In this document: piece by piece, positions 1-9,531 of the stretch
Layout: every line of letters starts with the position of its first letter
Numbering within the stretch: position 1 is the first letter of the stretch
Origin: an uncultured Candidatus Saccharibacteria bacterium
GTDB lineage: Bacteria > Patescibacteriota > Minisyncoccia > Phycocordibacterales > UBA9973
Length of the DNA stretch: 64,000 bases
Assembly (NCBI GenBank): GCA_964412965.1
Contig: CAYPQU010000002.1
Location: 26,004 to 90,003 of the forward strand
Direction of reading: 5' to 3'
The notes under the pieces: generated by a model
Told to the model about the DNA's origin: nothing
Seen by the model: the letters and a program-made list of their open reading frames with translations, nothing else
The model's database searches: none
Program-made: the position numbers and the translations under genes

Positions 1-1525
1 AGATGTTGGGGACAATCGTCACCTTACTTTTTTCGAGATGTTAGGGAACTGGTCTTTAGGAGATTATTTTAAAGAAGAATCAATTAGATGGAGTTTTGAA
101 TTTTTGACTAATAAAGAAGAAGGTTTAGGCTTGGACAAAGATAGATTATATGTAACTGTTTTTGAAGGTGATGAAAATGCCCCCAGAGACGAAGAGGCAG
201 CTTTGATTTGGCAAAAATATTTACCTAAAAATAGAATTTATTATTTACCAGCAGAAAATAATTGGTGGAGTGCTGGGGATAATGGGCCTTGCGGGCCAGA
301 TACTGAAATTTTTTATGACATAAATGAAACAGAGCTTGGAGATTTGAATCATGATGAGTTTGTTGGTGCTGATAACGAAGGAAAGGTTTTAGAAGTTTGG
401 AATAATGTTTTCATGCAATATGAAAAAAAAGATGGTAAAGTAATTGGAAAATTGGCAAAACACAACGTGGATACAGGAATGGGTCTGGAGAGGATTTGCT
501 TGGTATCACAAAAAGCTAAAACTGTTTTTGAAACTGATTTGTTTGCTGAAATTCTCGCTTTTATCGAACTAAAGTCAGGTTTTTCAAATGAACGACTTAA
601 GAGGATAATAGCAGATCATTCTAGAACTGCAGTATTTATGATAGGTGATGGAGTAATTCCTTCAAATAGCGGACGTGGATATGTTTTGCGTCGTATCATA
701 AGACGAATTGTAAGATTTAAAGATCAAATTTGTCCCCAATTAAATTTGTCTCAACTGGCTGATTTGATAATCAAAAAATATTCTCTATTTTATACAGAGT
801 TAAGCTTAAATTCAATTTTGATTAAACAAGAGATTCTAAAAGAAGAAAATAAATTCAGAAATACTTTAGAAAAAGGTTTAAAAGAGTTTGAAAAAGGGAC
901 TGATCCGTTTGTTCTGTTTACAACTTATGGTTTTCCCATAGAACTAACAGAAGAAATAGCTAAAGAAAAAGGATTGAAAATAAATCGAGAAGATTTTGAA
1001 GAGAAAATAAAACAACATCAAGAATTATCTAGAGAATCAAGTTCTCAAATGTTTAAAGGTGGATTAGCTAATCACAGCGACAGGACAATCAAGCTTCATA
1101 CAGCCCACCATTTACTTTTGGCTGCCCTTCAAGATGTAATAGATAAAGACATTAAACAGAAGGGTAGTAACATCACAGAAGAGAGATTAAGATTAGATTT
1201 TAATTTTGACAGAAAATTAACTGAGGAAGAAAAACAAAAAGTAGAAGATTGGGTAAACGAAAAGATAAATTTAAAATTAAAAATGGTTAGGAGAGAAATG
1301 CAACTAGAAGAAGCCGTTAAGATAGGAGCTGAAATGGAATTCGGTGCAAAATATCCAGAGATGGTGTCTGTATACTTTGCGCAAGACGAAAATGGCAGAA
1401 TTTATTCTAAAGAATTCTGCGGTGGTCCTCATGTTGAAGAAATCTCATCTTTGGGACATTTTAAGATTTTAAAAGAAGAAGCCGTTGCTTCCGGAATAAG
1501 AAGAATTAAAGCTGATATTGGATAA
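1..1525 (+). CDS. alaS: alanyl-tRNA synthetase, C-terminal ~495 aa; the 5' end lies upstream of the window
   Basis: ORF 38..1525, with the frame open to the window start. Translation has the AlaRS core motifs (GNWSLGDYFK, DTGMGLERI) and the C-terminal editing/C-Ala region (HTAHHLL, GGPHV). Confidence 0.85.
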   Translation, partial: DVGDNRHLTFFEMLGNWSLGDYFKEESIRWSFEFLTNKEEGLGLDKDRLYVTVFEGDENAPRDEEAALIWQKYLPKNRIYYLPAENNWWSAGDNGPCGPDTEIFYDINETELGDLNHDEFVGADNEGKVLEVWNNVFMQYEKKDGKVIGKLAKHNVDTGMGLERICLVSQKAKTVFETDLFAEILAFIELKSGFSNERLKRIIADHSRTAVFMIGDGVIPSNSGRGYVLRRIIRRIVRFKDQICPQLNLSQLADLIIKKYSLFYTELSLNSILIKQEILKEENKFRNTLEKGLKEFEKGTDPFVLFTTYGFPIELTEEIAKEKGLKINREDFEEKIKQHQELSRESSSQMFKGGLANHSDRTIKLHTAHHLLLAALQDVIDKDIKQKGSNITEERLRLDFNFDRKLTEEEKQKVEDWVNEKINLKLKMVRREMQLEEAVKIGAEMEFGAKYPEMVSVYFAQDENGRIYSKEFCGGPHVEEISSLGHFKILKEEAVASGIRRIKADIG

Positions 1526-1567
1526 AAAATTAATATTTTTATTAAATATGTAGTATAATAACTATAT

Positions 1568-2722
1568 ATGGAAATATCCTTCAAAAATAAAAAAGAGAAA
1601 GATAAAATAATTGCTATTTTTGATGTTGGTTCTACTAGTGTTGGAGGTGCTCGGGTTAAGCTGAGAAGAGAAGGAGATAATCGCACTCCTATTGTTTTAG
1701 ATTCCGTCCGCCTTGAAATGAGAGATAATACCGAAAGCTCAAACGAAGAATTAGAAAAAGAGGCTGTGCTTACATTAAAAAAGACAGCCGAGGCTTTGTT
1801 TAACAGAAAGATAGGAAAATTAGATGAGGTGGTTTGTGTGATAACAACTCCATGGAGTCACTCAAAAACCAAGAGAATAAGTTCCTGTAAACATTCAAAC
1901 TTTAAAGTAACCGAGGAATTAATTAACGAATTAATTAACAAAGAGATTTATTCTATTTCAAAAAATTTGGAAGGAAAGGATATCATAGAAAAACTAGTTA
2001 CCGAAATTAGCTTAGATGACAAACCCACAGCAGATCCGATAGGGGAAAGTTGTCAATTCTTGGATTTAAGCCTCTCTTATTCTTTTGCTAATAAAAACTT
2101 TGTAGACAAATCAAAAGAAACTCTGATGAGTGTATTTCATAGTACCCCCATTTCTTTTTCTTCTTTTTCGATATTAACTTATTTAATGATAAGAGATACT
2201 CATCCAGGCAATGAGTCACATTTGATTCTGGATGTAGCCGGAGAATCGACAGATATTAGTGTTATTAACAAAGGTATCTTTGGGGAAAAATTCTCATTTC
2301 CTTTTGGAAAAAAAACCTTGTTAAGAGAGCTTGCCTCAGAATTAAAAATAGAAAAAAGAGATGCATATGAGTTGTTTAAACTATATTACCAAAACAACTT
2401 ATCATTAGGTCATCGAGAGAAGCTTAAAAAATATTTTGAATCGAAAGAAAGATATTGGAGTGAGGAACTTAAAAAATGTTTAACAACCATCCCCAAGTAC
2501 CACAATCTTCCTAGTGTTGTGTTTTTAACAATAGACCCAGATATGAGAAAATGGTTTTTTGAAATTTTCAAAAATACAGAATTTTCTAATAAGATTACAC
2601 TGGATAAGAAATTTGAAATTATAATATTAGAAAAAGAAGATATGGTGAACATATGCGACCTAGAAGAAGGTTGTCACGATCCATTTATAATGATAGAAGC
2701 AATAGCTTTGTCTAGAAAATAA
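1568..2722 (+). CDS. FtsA/PilM-like actin-fold (ASKHA) ATPase
   Basis: IFDVGSTSVGGA and LILDVAGESTDISV resemble the phosphate-1/phosphate-2 motifs of FtsA/PilM; the SFPFG..LA tail resembles FtsA. Similarity judged by eye only. Confidence 0.45.
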   Translation: MEISFKNKKEKDKIIAIFDVGSTSVGGARVKLRREGDNRTPIVLDSVRLEMRDNTESSNEELEKEAVLTLKKTAEALFNRKIGKLDEVVCVITTPWSHSKTKRISSCKHSNFKVTEELINELINKEIYSISKNLEGKDIIEKLVTEISLDDKPTADPIGESCQFLDLSLSYSFANKNFVDKSKETLMSVFHSTPISFSSFSILTYLMIRDTHPGNESHLILDVAGESTDISVINKGIFGEKFSFPFGKKTLLRELASELKIEKRDAYELFKLYYQNNLSLGHREKLKKYFESKERYWSEELKKCLTTIPKYHNLPSVVFLTIDPDMRKWFFEIFKNTEFSNKITLDKKFEIIILEKEDMVNICDLEEGCHDPFIMIEAIALSRK

Positions 2723-2724
2723 AG

Positions 2725-4062
2725 ATGAAAAAAATTTTAATGGAAGATATAAAAATTAATAAATCTTTTAGACAAACATCAGTTAGAGAAAAAAAAACAC
2801 CAGGAAAAAAAGAGTTGCCAAAAGAACCTATACAAAAAGTAAAGAGAAGAAACTCTGATGATTCTGATTATGTCCACTACTCAAAAAGAATGAGTTTAAC
2901 TCCAAGATCGTCTGACAAAAGACCAGTGAGGGGTTTTCTAAGAATTATATTTTTATTTTCTCTGGTTGGTGGTATAGCCTATTGGACAGGGGTATTTTTC
3001 AATAGTGCTTACGTAACCATTACGGCTAAACATCAAAACATTGAATATAAATCCAAGGTTTTTAACGCTGACAGAAAGAATGCTGCCAATGTCGTTGATT
3101 TTGAAATAATGATAGAGTCAGAAAAGAAATTAAAAAATTATATTCTAACAGAGAACAAGGAGGTATCTAGTAAGGCAACAGGAACTATCATTCTTTATAA
3201 CGAGTTTAGTACTAAACCAGAAAAATTATCTCAAGGAACATATGTTAGTGACCAAGATGGTAAAACATATCGATTGAATAATACCGTTACAATTCCGGGA
3301 TATAAATTAGATAAACAAAAGAAGATACCGGGCCAGGTAGAAGTTAACATAACTTCTTTTTTGGCTGGTGAAAACTATAATGGAACCTCTGAAAAATTTA
3401 CAGTTAATTCATTTAAAGGTACTACGAAATACAGCAAAATATATGGAAAGCTGAAGACAGAGTTGGTAGGAGGATTGCAAGGTATTGTTTATTATATAAG
3501 CGAGGAAGATAAAGCCAAGATCCAAAACATAGCTGAATCATCACTAAGAGAAGAGTTATACAGTAAACTAAAAGCACTTTTACCTTCCGGATATATTTTA
3601 TACCCCGAAGCTATTAAATTCAGTTATTTAATAGATGAAAACATTTTGTCTGAGACGGCAGAAGCTAAAATACCAATAGAAGGCAAGATTTCAGCTATTC
3701 TTTTGAAAGAAGATTCGTTAATAAAAAATGTTATTAGGGTGTCATTGCCAGAAGCAGATAAAAACGAAATTCCTGAAATAGTAATTAACAATATAAAAAA
3801 TCTTAAATTTAATTTTGTAACAGAAACAATAATTGATAAAGACACAGAAAACTTCCAATTTACTTTAACTGGTAATCTGGAAGCAGTTTGGAATCCTAAT
3901 AAGGAAATAATAAAAAGTAAACTAGCCGGTCTTCACAAAGATATGGTCTTGTCAGTTTTTAGAGAAAATAAGGGTATTACTAAATCTATGGTTAAGATTT
4001 TTCCACCTTGGAGCAAGTATATTCCTAAAAATCCATCTAAAATAAATATAAAAATTCAATAA
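2725..4062 (+). CDS. hypothetical bitopic membrane protein (basic N-terminus, one TM, ~350-aa extracytoplasmic domain)
   Basis: ORF directly after the FtsA/PilM-like gene with a 3-nt gap. Single hydrophobic helix FLRIIFLFSLVGGIAYWTGVFF. Confidence 0.3.
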   Translation: MKKILMEDIKINKSFRQTSVREKKTPGKKELPKEPIQKVKRRNSDDSDYVHYSKRMSLTPRSSDKRPVRGFLRIIFLFSLVGGIAYWTGVFFNSAYVTITAKHQNIEYKSKVFNADRKNAANVVDFEIMIESEKKLKNYILTENKEVSSKATGTIILYNEFSTKPEKLSQGTYVSDQDGKTYRLNNTVTIPGYKLDKQKKIPGQVEVNITSFLAGENYNGTSEKFTVNSFKGTTKYSKIYGKLKTELVGGLQGIVYYISEEDKAKIQNIAESSLREELYSKLKALLPSGYILYPEAIKFSYLIDENILSETAEAKIPIEGKISAILLKEDSLIKNVIRVSLPEADKNEIPEIVINNIKNLKFNFVTETIIDKDTENFQFTLTGNLEAVWNPNKEIIKSKLAGLHKDMVLSVFRENKGITKSMVKIFPPWSKYIPKNPSKINIKIQ

Positions 4063-4105
4063 GAATTGACGGAATTTGTGATTTTTGTTATACTTTTGGG
4101 ATTAG

Positions 4106-4321
4106 ATGATTAAAAAAGACGAAAATAATATAGCTTTAGGAACTGTAATAGAGGCATTGCCGAATACTTTATTTAGGGTTGACCTAGGTAATGACAAAAC
4201 AGTTCTTTCTTATTTATCAGGTAGGATGAGAATGAACAGAATTAAGGTTTTGATTGGGGACAGGGTTGAGGTCCTTATTGATCCATACGGAGGAAAGGGC
4301 AGAATCGTGAAAAGAATATAG
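4106..4321 (+). CDS. infA: translation initiation factor IF-1
   Basis: 71 aa; GTVIEALPNTLFRVDL...RMRMNRIKVLIGDRVEV matches the IF-1 S1-like fold. Confidence 0.9.
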   Translation: MIKKDENNIALGTVIEALPNTLFRVDLGNDKTVLSYLSGRMRMNRIKVLIGDRVEVLIDPYGGKGRIVKRI

Positions 4322-4374
4322 ATAGCTCTTGCTTATTTTATAAAAATAGTGTAGTATGAAAAGTCGTATGTTCA

Positions 4375-4421
4375 AACAAATATAAAGGGTTCCAAACCTT
4401 TATATTTGTTGTCATTTTTTT
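4375..4421 (+). terminator. 14-bp perfect A/T-rich hairpin (aacaaatataaagg / cctttatatttgtt, 8-nt loop) followed by a T7 run
   Basis: Seen directly in the sequence between infA and rpmJ. Candidate intrinsic terminator or attenuator. Confidence 0.4.
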
Positions 4422-4430
4422 AAATAGATT

Positions 4431-4541
4431 ATGAAAATAAAAGCAGCAGTAAAAAAAATTTGTAAGGACTGTAAAATGGTAAAGCGAAGTGGTCATCTTC
4501 GTATTATTTGTTCTAACCCTAAGCATAAGCAAAAACAATAA
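4431..4541 (+). CDS. rpmJ: 50S ribosomal protein L36 (not in the supplied ORF track; 36 aa)
   Basis: atg aaa ata aaa gca gca gta... translates to [36 protein letters not shown], the L36 Zn-ribbon signature with the CxxC...C..H pattern. Confidence 0.9.
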   Translation: MKIKAAVKKICKDCKMVKRSGHLRIICSNPKHKQKQ

Positions 4542-4549
4542 TTTTAGAT

Positions 4550-4930
4550 ATGAGAATACTAGGTATAACTATTCCGAATAATAAACATCTAGACGTTGGT
4601 CTAACATGCCTTTATGGTATTGGTATTTCAAGAGCTAGAGAAATATTAAAAGAAGCCGGAGTTGATAAAGACAGAAAGGCAGATTCTTTGTCAGTAGAAG
4701 AAGAAAATGCAATTAGAAAGATAATAGAATCTCTTACAATAGAGGGAACTCTTAAAAGAGAAATTGCTGCTAACATAAAAAGACTAAAAGATATCAAAGC
4801 ATATAGGGGGTTGAGACATATGCACAAATTACCAGCTAAGGGACAAAGAACTAAAACAAATTCTAGAACTGTAAGAGGTAACGTCAGAAAGACAATGGGA
4901 AGCGGTAGGAGAAAAGCAGAAAAAACTTAG
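4550..4930 (+). CDS. rpsM: 30S ribosomal protein S13
   Basis: MRILGI.IP..K...GLT.IYGIG...A..I and C-terminal basic tail GQRTKTNSRT. Confidence 0.9.
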   Translation: MRILGITIPNNKHLDVGLTCLYGIGISRAREILKEAGVDKDRKADSLSVEEENAIRKIIESLTIEGTLKREIAANIKRLKDIKAYRGLRHMHKLPAKGQRTKTNSRTVRGNVRKTMGSGRRKAEKT

Positions 4931-4964
4931 AATTTAATTTAATCTTATTATTAACTTAGTAACT

Positions 4965-5408
4965 ATGGGAAAGATAAAAATCGTAACAAAAGAAGAAGAA
5001 AAAATTAGTGATGTCTCTACTGAAAGCACTCCAAAGGCTTCATCAAAAACCCCTAAGAAAAAGATAGTTTCTGGGACTTTGAACGTTGAAGCAACTTTCA
5101 ACAACACAAAGGTGGTATTATCAGACAAAGAAGGTAATGTTTTGTTTTGGACTTCAGCTGGATCTTTAGGATTCAAGGGTGCTAAAAAAGGAACTCCTTT
5201 TGCTGCATCAAAAGCTGGTTCTATAGTTGGTGAAAAAGCAAAAGCAATAGGGATAAAAGACGTAAATGTAATAGTAAAAGGTGTAGGTAGCGGTCGTGAG
5301 CCTACTATTCGTGCATTCATGGCTTTAGATATAGAAATCACTGATATCAAAGACATGACACCTGTTCCGCACAATGGACCAAAACCAAAGAAACCAAGAA
5401 GAGTATAA
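4965..5408 (+). CDS. rpsK: 30S ribosomal protein S11
   Basis: NNTKVVLSDKEGNVLFWTSAGSLGFKGAKKGTPFAA...VKGVGSGRE; the minus-strand ORF 4934..5428 is a spurious shadow. Confidence 0.9.
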   Translation: MGKIKIVTKEEEKISDVSTESTPKASSKTPKKKIVSGTLNVEATFNNTKVVLSDKEGNVLFWTSAGSLGFKGAKKGTPFAASKAGSIVGEKAKAIGIKDVNVIVKGVGSGREPTIRAFMALDIEITDIKDMTPVPHNGPKPKKPRRV

Positions 5409-5414
5409 AATTGT

Positions 5415-6023
5415 ATGAAAAAAGTCAAAAAGTATAAAATAGGAAGAAGATTAGGTGCTGGTGTGTTTGAAAAATGTCAAACAGCTAAATTTGCTCAATC
5501 AGAAGCTCGCCACGCTAAAAATTCAAAAAATAAAAGAGCAAAACCACTTTCAGGATATGCTCAACAATTTATAGAAAAACAAAAAGTTCGCTTCTTGTAT
5601 GGATTGAGCGAAAAACAATTTTCTAATTACGTTAAAGAAGCTGTTGAGAAAAAAGGAGTATCAGCCATCGATGTTCTTTATGAAAGCCTTGAAAATAGAC
5701 TAGATAATGTTGTTTACAGGTTTGGATTGACTAACTCAAGAAGACTTTCAAGACAAATGGTTTCTCATGGCCACATAACAGTAAATGGGGTTAAATCAAC
5801 TATACCTTCTCACAAATTAAAAGTGGGAGATGTTGTTGCAATTAGAGAGGGAAGCAAAAAAAGTGTTTTGTTTAGTGACATGGCTAACAAAACCAAAGAT
5901 TATAATTGTCCAAACTGGCTAACATTTAACGTGGAGAGTTTGTCTGGTAAGGTTCAAGGTAAACCTAAAAATACCGAAGGCTTTATCGACCTTAACACCG
6001 TGTTAGAGTTTTACAGTCGATAA
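5415..6023 (+). CDS. rpsD: 30S ribosomal protein S4
   Basis: N-terminal KYKIGRRLG..., S4 domain (RLDNVVYRFGL..SR.QARQMVSHGHITVNG). Confidence 0.9.
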   Translation: MKKVKKYKIGRRLGAGVFEKCQTAKFAQSEARHAKNSKNKRAKPLSGYAQQFIEKQKVRFLYGLSEKQFSNYVKEAVEKKGVSAIDVLYESLENRLDNVVYRFGLTNSRRLSRQMVSHGHITVNGVKSTIPSHKLKVGDVVAIREGSKKSVLFSDMANKTKDYNCPNWLTFNVESLSGKVQGKPKNTEGFIDLNTVLEFYSR

Positions 6024-6086
6024 GAATAGCATATGGTTAATTTTTATAAATAATTTGAGAACACTGTTCTCTTGCATCATATAACT

Positions 6087-7070
6087 ATGTCTGATTTAAA
6101 TATTTTATTACCATCAAAATTCACTATTGTTTCAGAAGATGAAACAAAAGGTGTTTATGAAATTGATGGGCTTTATCCTGGATATGGGTTTACTCTGGGT
6201 AATTCTCTAAGAAGAATTATTTTATCTTCTTTACCGGGTGCAGCTATAACATCTTTAAAAATAGATGGTGTTGACCATGAATTTTCAACAATTGATGGTA
6301 TCAAAGAAGACGTTGTCACAATTCTTCTCCATTTGAAACAAATAAGATTTCAGTTAAACTCAGACGAACCACAAATAGTAAAATTAGAGGTAAAAGGACC
6401 TCAAAAAGTTACCGCTGGAGATATTGCTCTACCTGGCCAAGTAGAAGTTCTTAACAAAGATCTTTATATTGCTGAAATAACAAGTAAAACAAGCCTTTCT
6501 ATTGAAATGACAGTTGAGAAAGGATTAGGTTTTATGCCAAAAGATATACACCAAAAAAACAAGAACGAGGTTGGTGTTATTTCCATAGACGCCATATTCA
6601 CACCCATTAGAAGAGTGTCTTATGACGTAGAAGACATGCGTGTTGGTGATAAAACAAACCACAACCGCTTAAGAATAACAATAGAAACTGACGGAACTAT
6701 TACTCCTAAGTATGCACTGGAGCAATCAATCACTATAATGGTGGAACAACTACAATCTATTGTTGGGCGCCAAATAGAGGCCAGAAAACCAAAAACTGAA
6801 ATTGAATCTGATAGTAGCGAAGAAGTTGAAGAGAAAAAAGAAACAAAAGATAAGGAAGATAATGAAATCACAGATATTCTTAAGACACGAATTGACACAC
6901 TAGATCTTTCTACTCGCACCTTAAATGCTTTAACAGGAGCAAATATCAGAACAGTTGGAGGAATTGCTCGAAAAAAGAAAGAGGATTTGCTTGAAATAGA
7001 TGGAATAGGCGATAAGGGTATCCAAGAAATCAAAAGAGTACTTGGTGAATATGGAATAACCCTTAAATAA
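6087..7070 (+). CDS. rpoA: DNA-directed RNA polymerase alpha subunit
   Basis: GYGFTLGNSLRRIILSSLPGAAITSLKIDGVDHEFSTIDGIKEDV in the N-terminal domain and a C-terminal helix-hairpin-helix CTD. The ATG at 6087 is preferred over the TTG at 6072 used by the ORF track. Confidence 0.9.
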   Translation: MSDLNILLPSKFTIVSEDETKGVYEIDGLYPGYGFTLGNSLRRIILSSLPGAAITSLKIDGVDHEFSTIDGIKEDVVTILLHLKQIRFQLNSDEPQIVKLEVKGPQKVTAGDIALPGQVEVLNKDLYIAEITSKTSLSIEMTVEKGLGFMPKDIHQKNKNEVGVISIDAIFTPIRRVSYDVEDMRVGDKTNHNRLRITIETDGTITPKYALEQSITIMVEQLQSIVGRQIEARKPKTEIESDSSEEVEEKKETKDKEDNEITDILKTRIDTLDLSTRTLNALTGANIRTVGGIARKKKEDLLEIDGIGDKGIQEIKRVLGEYGITLK

Positions 7071-7093
7071 TTAGTAATAAGTTCAGTAATAAT

Positions 7094-7447
7094 ATGAGAC
7101 ACCATAATAATGTTAGAAAATTCGGAAGAAATAAAAATCAAAGAAATGCTCTTATGAAGGGTTTGGCTCTTGCTCTTATTGCTCATGGAAGAATTGAAAC
7201 AACCGAAGCAAAAGCAAAAGAACTAAGACCTCTTATAGAGAAATTAATAACCAAGGCCAACTTAGGGACAGTAGCATCTAGAAGAATAGTTGTTTCTCGT
7301 TTGTACAATCTTACAAGCGAAGCTTCTAAGCTTGTTGATGAAATAGCCCCTAAGTACAAAGGAAGAAATGGTGGTTATACCAGAATAGTTAAGCTTCCTC
7401 GTCGACAAGGAGACGCAAGTAAAATGGCATTAATTGAATTTATATAA
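7094..7447 (+). CDS. rplQ: 50S ribosomal protein L17
   Basis: MRHHNNVRKFGRNKNQRNALMKGLA..L..HGRIETT.AKAKELR. Confidence 0.9.
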   Translation: MRHHNNVRKFGRNKNQRNALMKGLALALIAHGRIETTEAKAKELRPLIEKLITKANLGTVASRRIVVSRLYNLTSEASKLVDEIAPKYKGRNGGYTRIVKLPRRQGDASKMALIEFI

Positions 7448-7448
7448 T

Positions 7449-7799
7449 ATGACAACAAAGTACACAATTAACGCAGAGGGAAAAACACTTGGAAGAGTAG
7501 CTAGTGAAGCAGCCAAAGCTCTTATGGGTAAAAAATTACCTGATTATGTTGCAAATAAAGTAGCTGATGTTACGATTGTAATAGAGAATGCAAGCAAAAC
7601 CAAAACAACAGAAAAAAGACTTTATACTACTCTACACGAAAAATATTCTGGTTTTCCTGGTGGACTAAAATTCAAAACCAACGCAGAGATTATTGAAAAA
7701 AAAGGCTGGAAAGAACTTTATACTTTAGCTGTTTACGGAATGCTTCCAGCTAACAAGTTGAGACCTCTTATAATGAAAAAATTAACAATAAGAGACTAA
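7449..7799 (+). CDS. rplM: 50S ribosomal protein L13
   Basis: MTTKYTINAEGKTLGRVASEAAKAL.GK; the ATG at 7449 is preferred over the upstream TTG. Confidence 0.85.
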   Translation: MTTKYTINAEGKTLGRVASEAAKALMGKKLPDYVANKVADVTIVIENASKTKTTEKRLYTTLHEKYSGFPGGLKFKTNAEIIEKKGWKELYTLAVYGMLPANKLRPLIMKKLTIRD

Positions 7800-7806
7800 T
7801 ATTATT

Positions 7807-8223
7807 ATGGAAAAGAAAACAAACACAAAAGAAAATGGATACTACAGAGCAGTAGGGCGAAGAAAAACAGCATCTGCGGCCGTCAAACTAACTAAATCTT
7901 CTAAGTTTTCATATAAAATAAACGACAGGGATTTGGTTGAATATTTCAAAACTGCTGAACTAAGGAAAATAGTTACTGGAGCTTTTGAAACTGTAAACCC
8001 ATCAGAAAAATTTGAAGTTGTAGCAACTGTAAGAGGTGGAGGTATTCATGCTCAAGCAGAAGCTGTTAGGCATGGGATCGCAAGGTCCCTGGTTGTCTTT
8101 GATGAAGAGCTACGCGTTCCTCTAAAGAAAGCAAAAATGCTAAAGAGAGATCCTCGACAAGTAGAAAGAAAGAAATTCGGATTGAAAAAAGCGAGAAAAT
8201 CTCCTCAATGGTCAAAAAGATAA
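7807..8223 (+). CDS. rpsI: 30S ribosomal protein S9
   Basis: YRAVGRRKTASAAVKL, GGGIHAQAEAVRHGIARSL, and C-terminal RDPRQVERKKFGLKKARKSPQWSKR. Confidence 0.9.
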   Translation: MEKKTNTKENGYYRAVGRRKTASAAVKLTKSSKFSYKINDRDLVEYFKTAELRKIVTGAFETVNPSEKFEVVATVRGGGIHAQAEAVRHGIARSLVVFDEELRVPLKKAKMLKRDPRQVERKKFGLKKARKSPQWSKR

Positions 8224-8230
8224 AAAGAGG

Positions 8231-8261
8231 AAACCCAGATTTGAAAAAGTCTGGGTTTTTT
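8231..8261 (+). terminator. intrinsic terminator after rpsI (cccaga...tctggg stem plus T6)
   Basis: aaacccagatttgaaaaagtctgggtttttt, seen directly. Confidence 0.6.
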
Positions 8262-8274
8262 GTATACTAAAGAT

Positions 8275-8904
8275 ATGAATGACGATCAAAAAGAAATAAA
8301 CAAAACTGAAGAAGAATTAAATAAAGATCTTAATCAAGAATTAGAAAATACTCCAGATGTTGATTTTAAAGACATAGACATAGTTGCAAGTACAGAAGAT
8401 GGCGAATCTCTTCCCCCTAAAGATATAGTTAAAAAATTAAGAGAGGATATCAAAAAATTACAGAAAGAAAAGGAAGAATATTTAACAGGGTGGCAAAGAG
8501 CCAAGGCTGATTACGTGAATCTGCAAAAAGAGCTAGGCTTAATAAGAGTACTCACAACAAACATAACCAAAGAAAAGGTAACTGAAAAGTTAATTCCAAG
8601 TATAGATAGTTTTGAGTTGGCATTTCAAGATAAAACTAATTGGGAAAAAGTAGACGAGAGCTGGAGAACGGGAATGATTTCCATATACAAACAATTACTA
8701 AGTGGATTGAAAAGTCTTGAGATAGAAAGAATAGAAGAAAAAGATGTTCCTTTCAACCCCTTATTCCATGAATCTATTAAAATAACAAAAACCAAAGACA
8801 AAGAAAAAGATCATCATGTGGATGAAATCTTTCAAATTGGATACAAGATAGGGGATAAAGCTATTCGCCCTGCTAAAGTTTCTATTTTTGAGTTTGAAGA
8901 TTAA
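8275..8904 (+). CDS. grpE: nucleotide exchange factor GrpE
   Basis: Acidic N-terminus, coiled-coil LKKLREDIKKLQKEKEEY.....RAKADYVN, and the C-terminal beta domain F.P..HE.....VDEIFQIGYKIGDKAIRPAKV. ATG at 8275; the ORF track uses the TTG at 8260. Confidence 0.8.
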   Translation: MNDDQKEINKTEEELNKDLNQELENTPDVDFKDIDIVASTEDGESLPPKDIVKKLREDIKKLQKEKEEYLTGWQRAKADYVNLQKELGLIRVLTTNITKEKVTEKLIPSIDSFELAFQDKTNWEKVDESWRTGMISIYKQLLSGLKSLEIERIEEKDVPFNPLFHESIKITKTKDKEKDHHVDEIFQIGYKIGDKAIRPAKVSIFEFED

Positions 8905-9443
8905 AAATTCTTCAATAATTCTAGCCTTGTAGCTTCGTCTATTTTGTTTGTGACAAGTATTATCATTTCGGTAGTTAAACCGAGGTCGTTTTTGATATTA
9001 ATAAAAAGATTTTCGTATGGATAAACAGAAATCCAAACAGAATTTTTTACACACACAAAACCAGCTTTTTTTAATAAATAACGTAAAGCTTCTCTCTCGT
9101 TTTTTCTTTCCTCTGGTAAATCTAAAATTACTATTCGCCAATTACCATCCCAGTTTTTCAACATAATAGCGGTATCGTCATTTAGGGCATTGCTGTTAAT
9201 TTTCTTTCGCCCTTCTTCTGATAATCTAAAAAAAGGCTGCCTGTCTGATTGAAAGCAATCTAGAAGGCCCGAGGTTGATAGATTCTTTAGAGAACGGGAA
9301 ATAGCGTATTCTGTCTTGTTTTTAGCGTCTTGGCTTGTTTTAAGGCTATTTAAAGCCTCTCTTTTTAAGTCTTCTAGCGAGATAACATTTTTTCGGGCTA
9401 ATATTTTAAGTATTATTTTTTGAATAGGTGTATTTTTACTCAT
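8901..9443 (-). CDS. PaaX-family winged-helix transcriptional regulator
   Basis: N-terminal wHTH (IILKILARKNVISLEDL...RSLKNLSTSGLL) and the C-terminal WDGNWRIVILDLPEERKNEREALRYLLKKAGFVCVKNSVWIS, which matches the PaaX C-terminal signature. Divergent from grpE-dnaK. Confidence 0.5.
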   Translation of the reverse strand: MSKNTPIQKIILKILARKNVISLEDLKREALNSLKTSQDAKNKTEYAISRSLKNLSTSGLLDCFQSDRQPFFRLSEEGRKKINSNALNDDTAIMLKNWDGNWRIVILDLPEERKNEREALRYLLKKAGFVCVKNSVWISVYPYENLFINIKNDLGLTTEMIILVTNKIDEATRLELLKNF

Positions 9444-9503
9444 CCTGAAGATATTATAACATTTTTATTATTTTTTACAATATTTTAGCGGTCGCAAAAT
9501 ACT

Positions 9504-9531
9504 TGTCAAAAAAATAGCATCGGTGTATAAT
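9504..9531 (+). promoter_or_regulatory. sigma70-type promoter upstream of dnaK (TTGTCA-16-TATAAT)
   Basis: ttgtcaaaaaaatagcatcggtgtataat, about 95 nt upstream of the dnaK ATG. Confidence 0.5.

Noticed and set aside
4934-5428. Antisense or shadow ORFs inside conserved genes (e.g. 1429..1686, 2410..2652, 3624..3845, 4338..4538, 4612..4827, 4934..5428, 6620..7186, 10934..11585, 11700..12233, 13722..14513, 17417..17833, 40427..40841, 41039..41401, 56256..56591, 60368..61273)
   Set aside because: Each lies entirely within, and opposite or out of frame to, a strongly supported conserved gene. They have low-complexity Ser/Leu/Phe-rich translations typical of AT-rich shadow frames.
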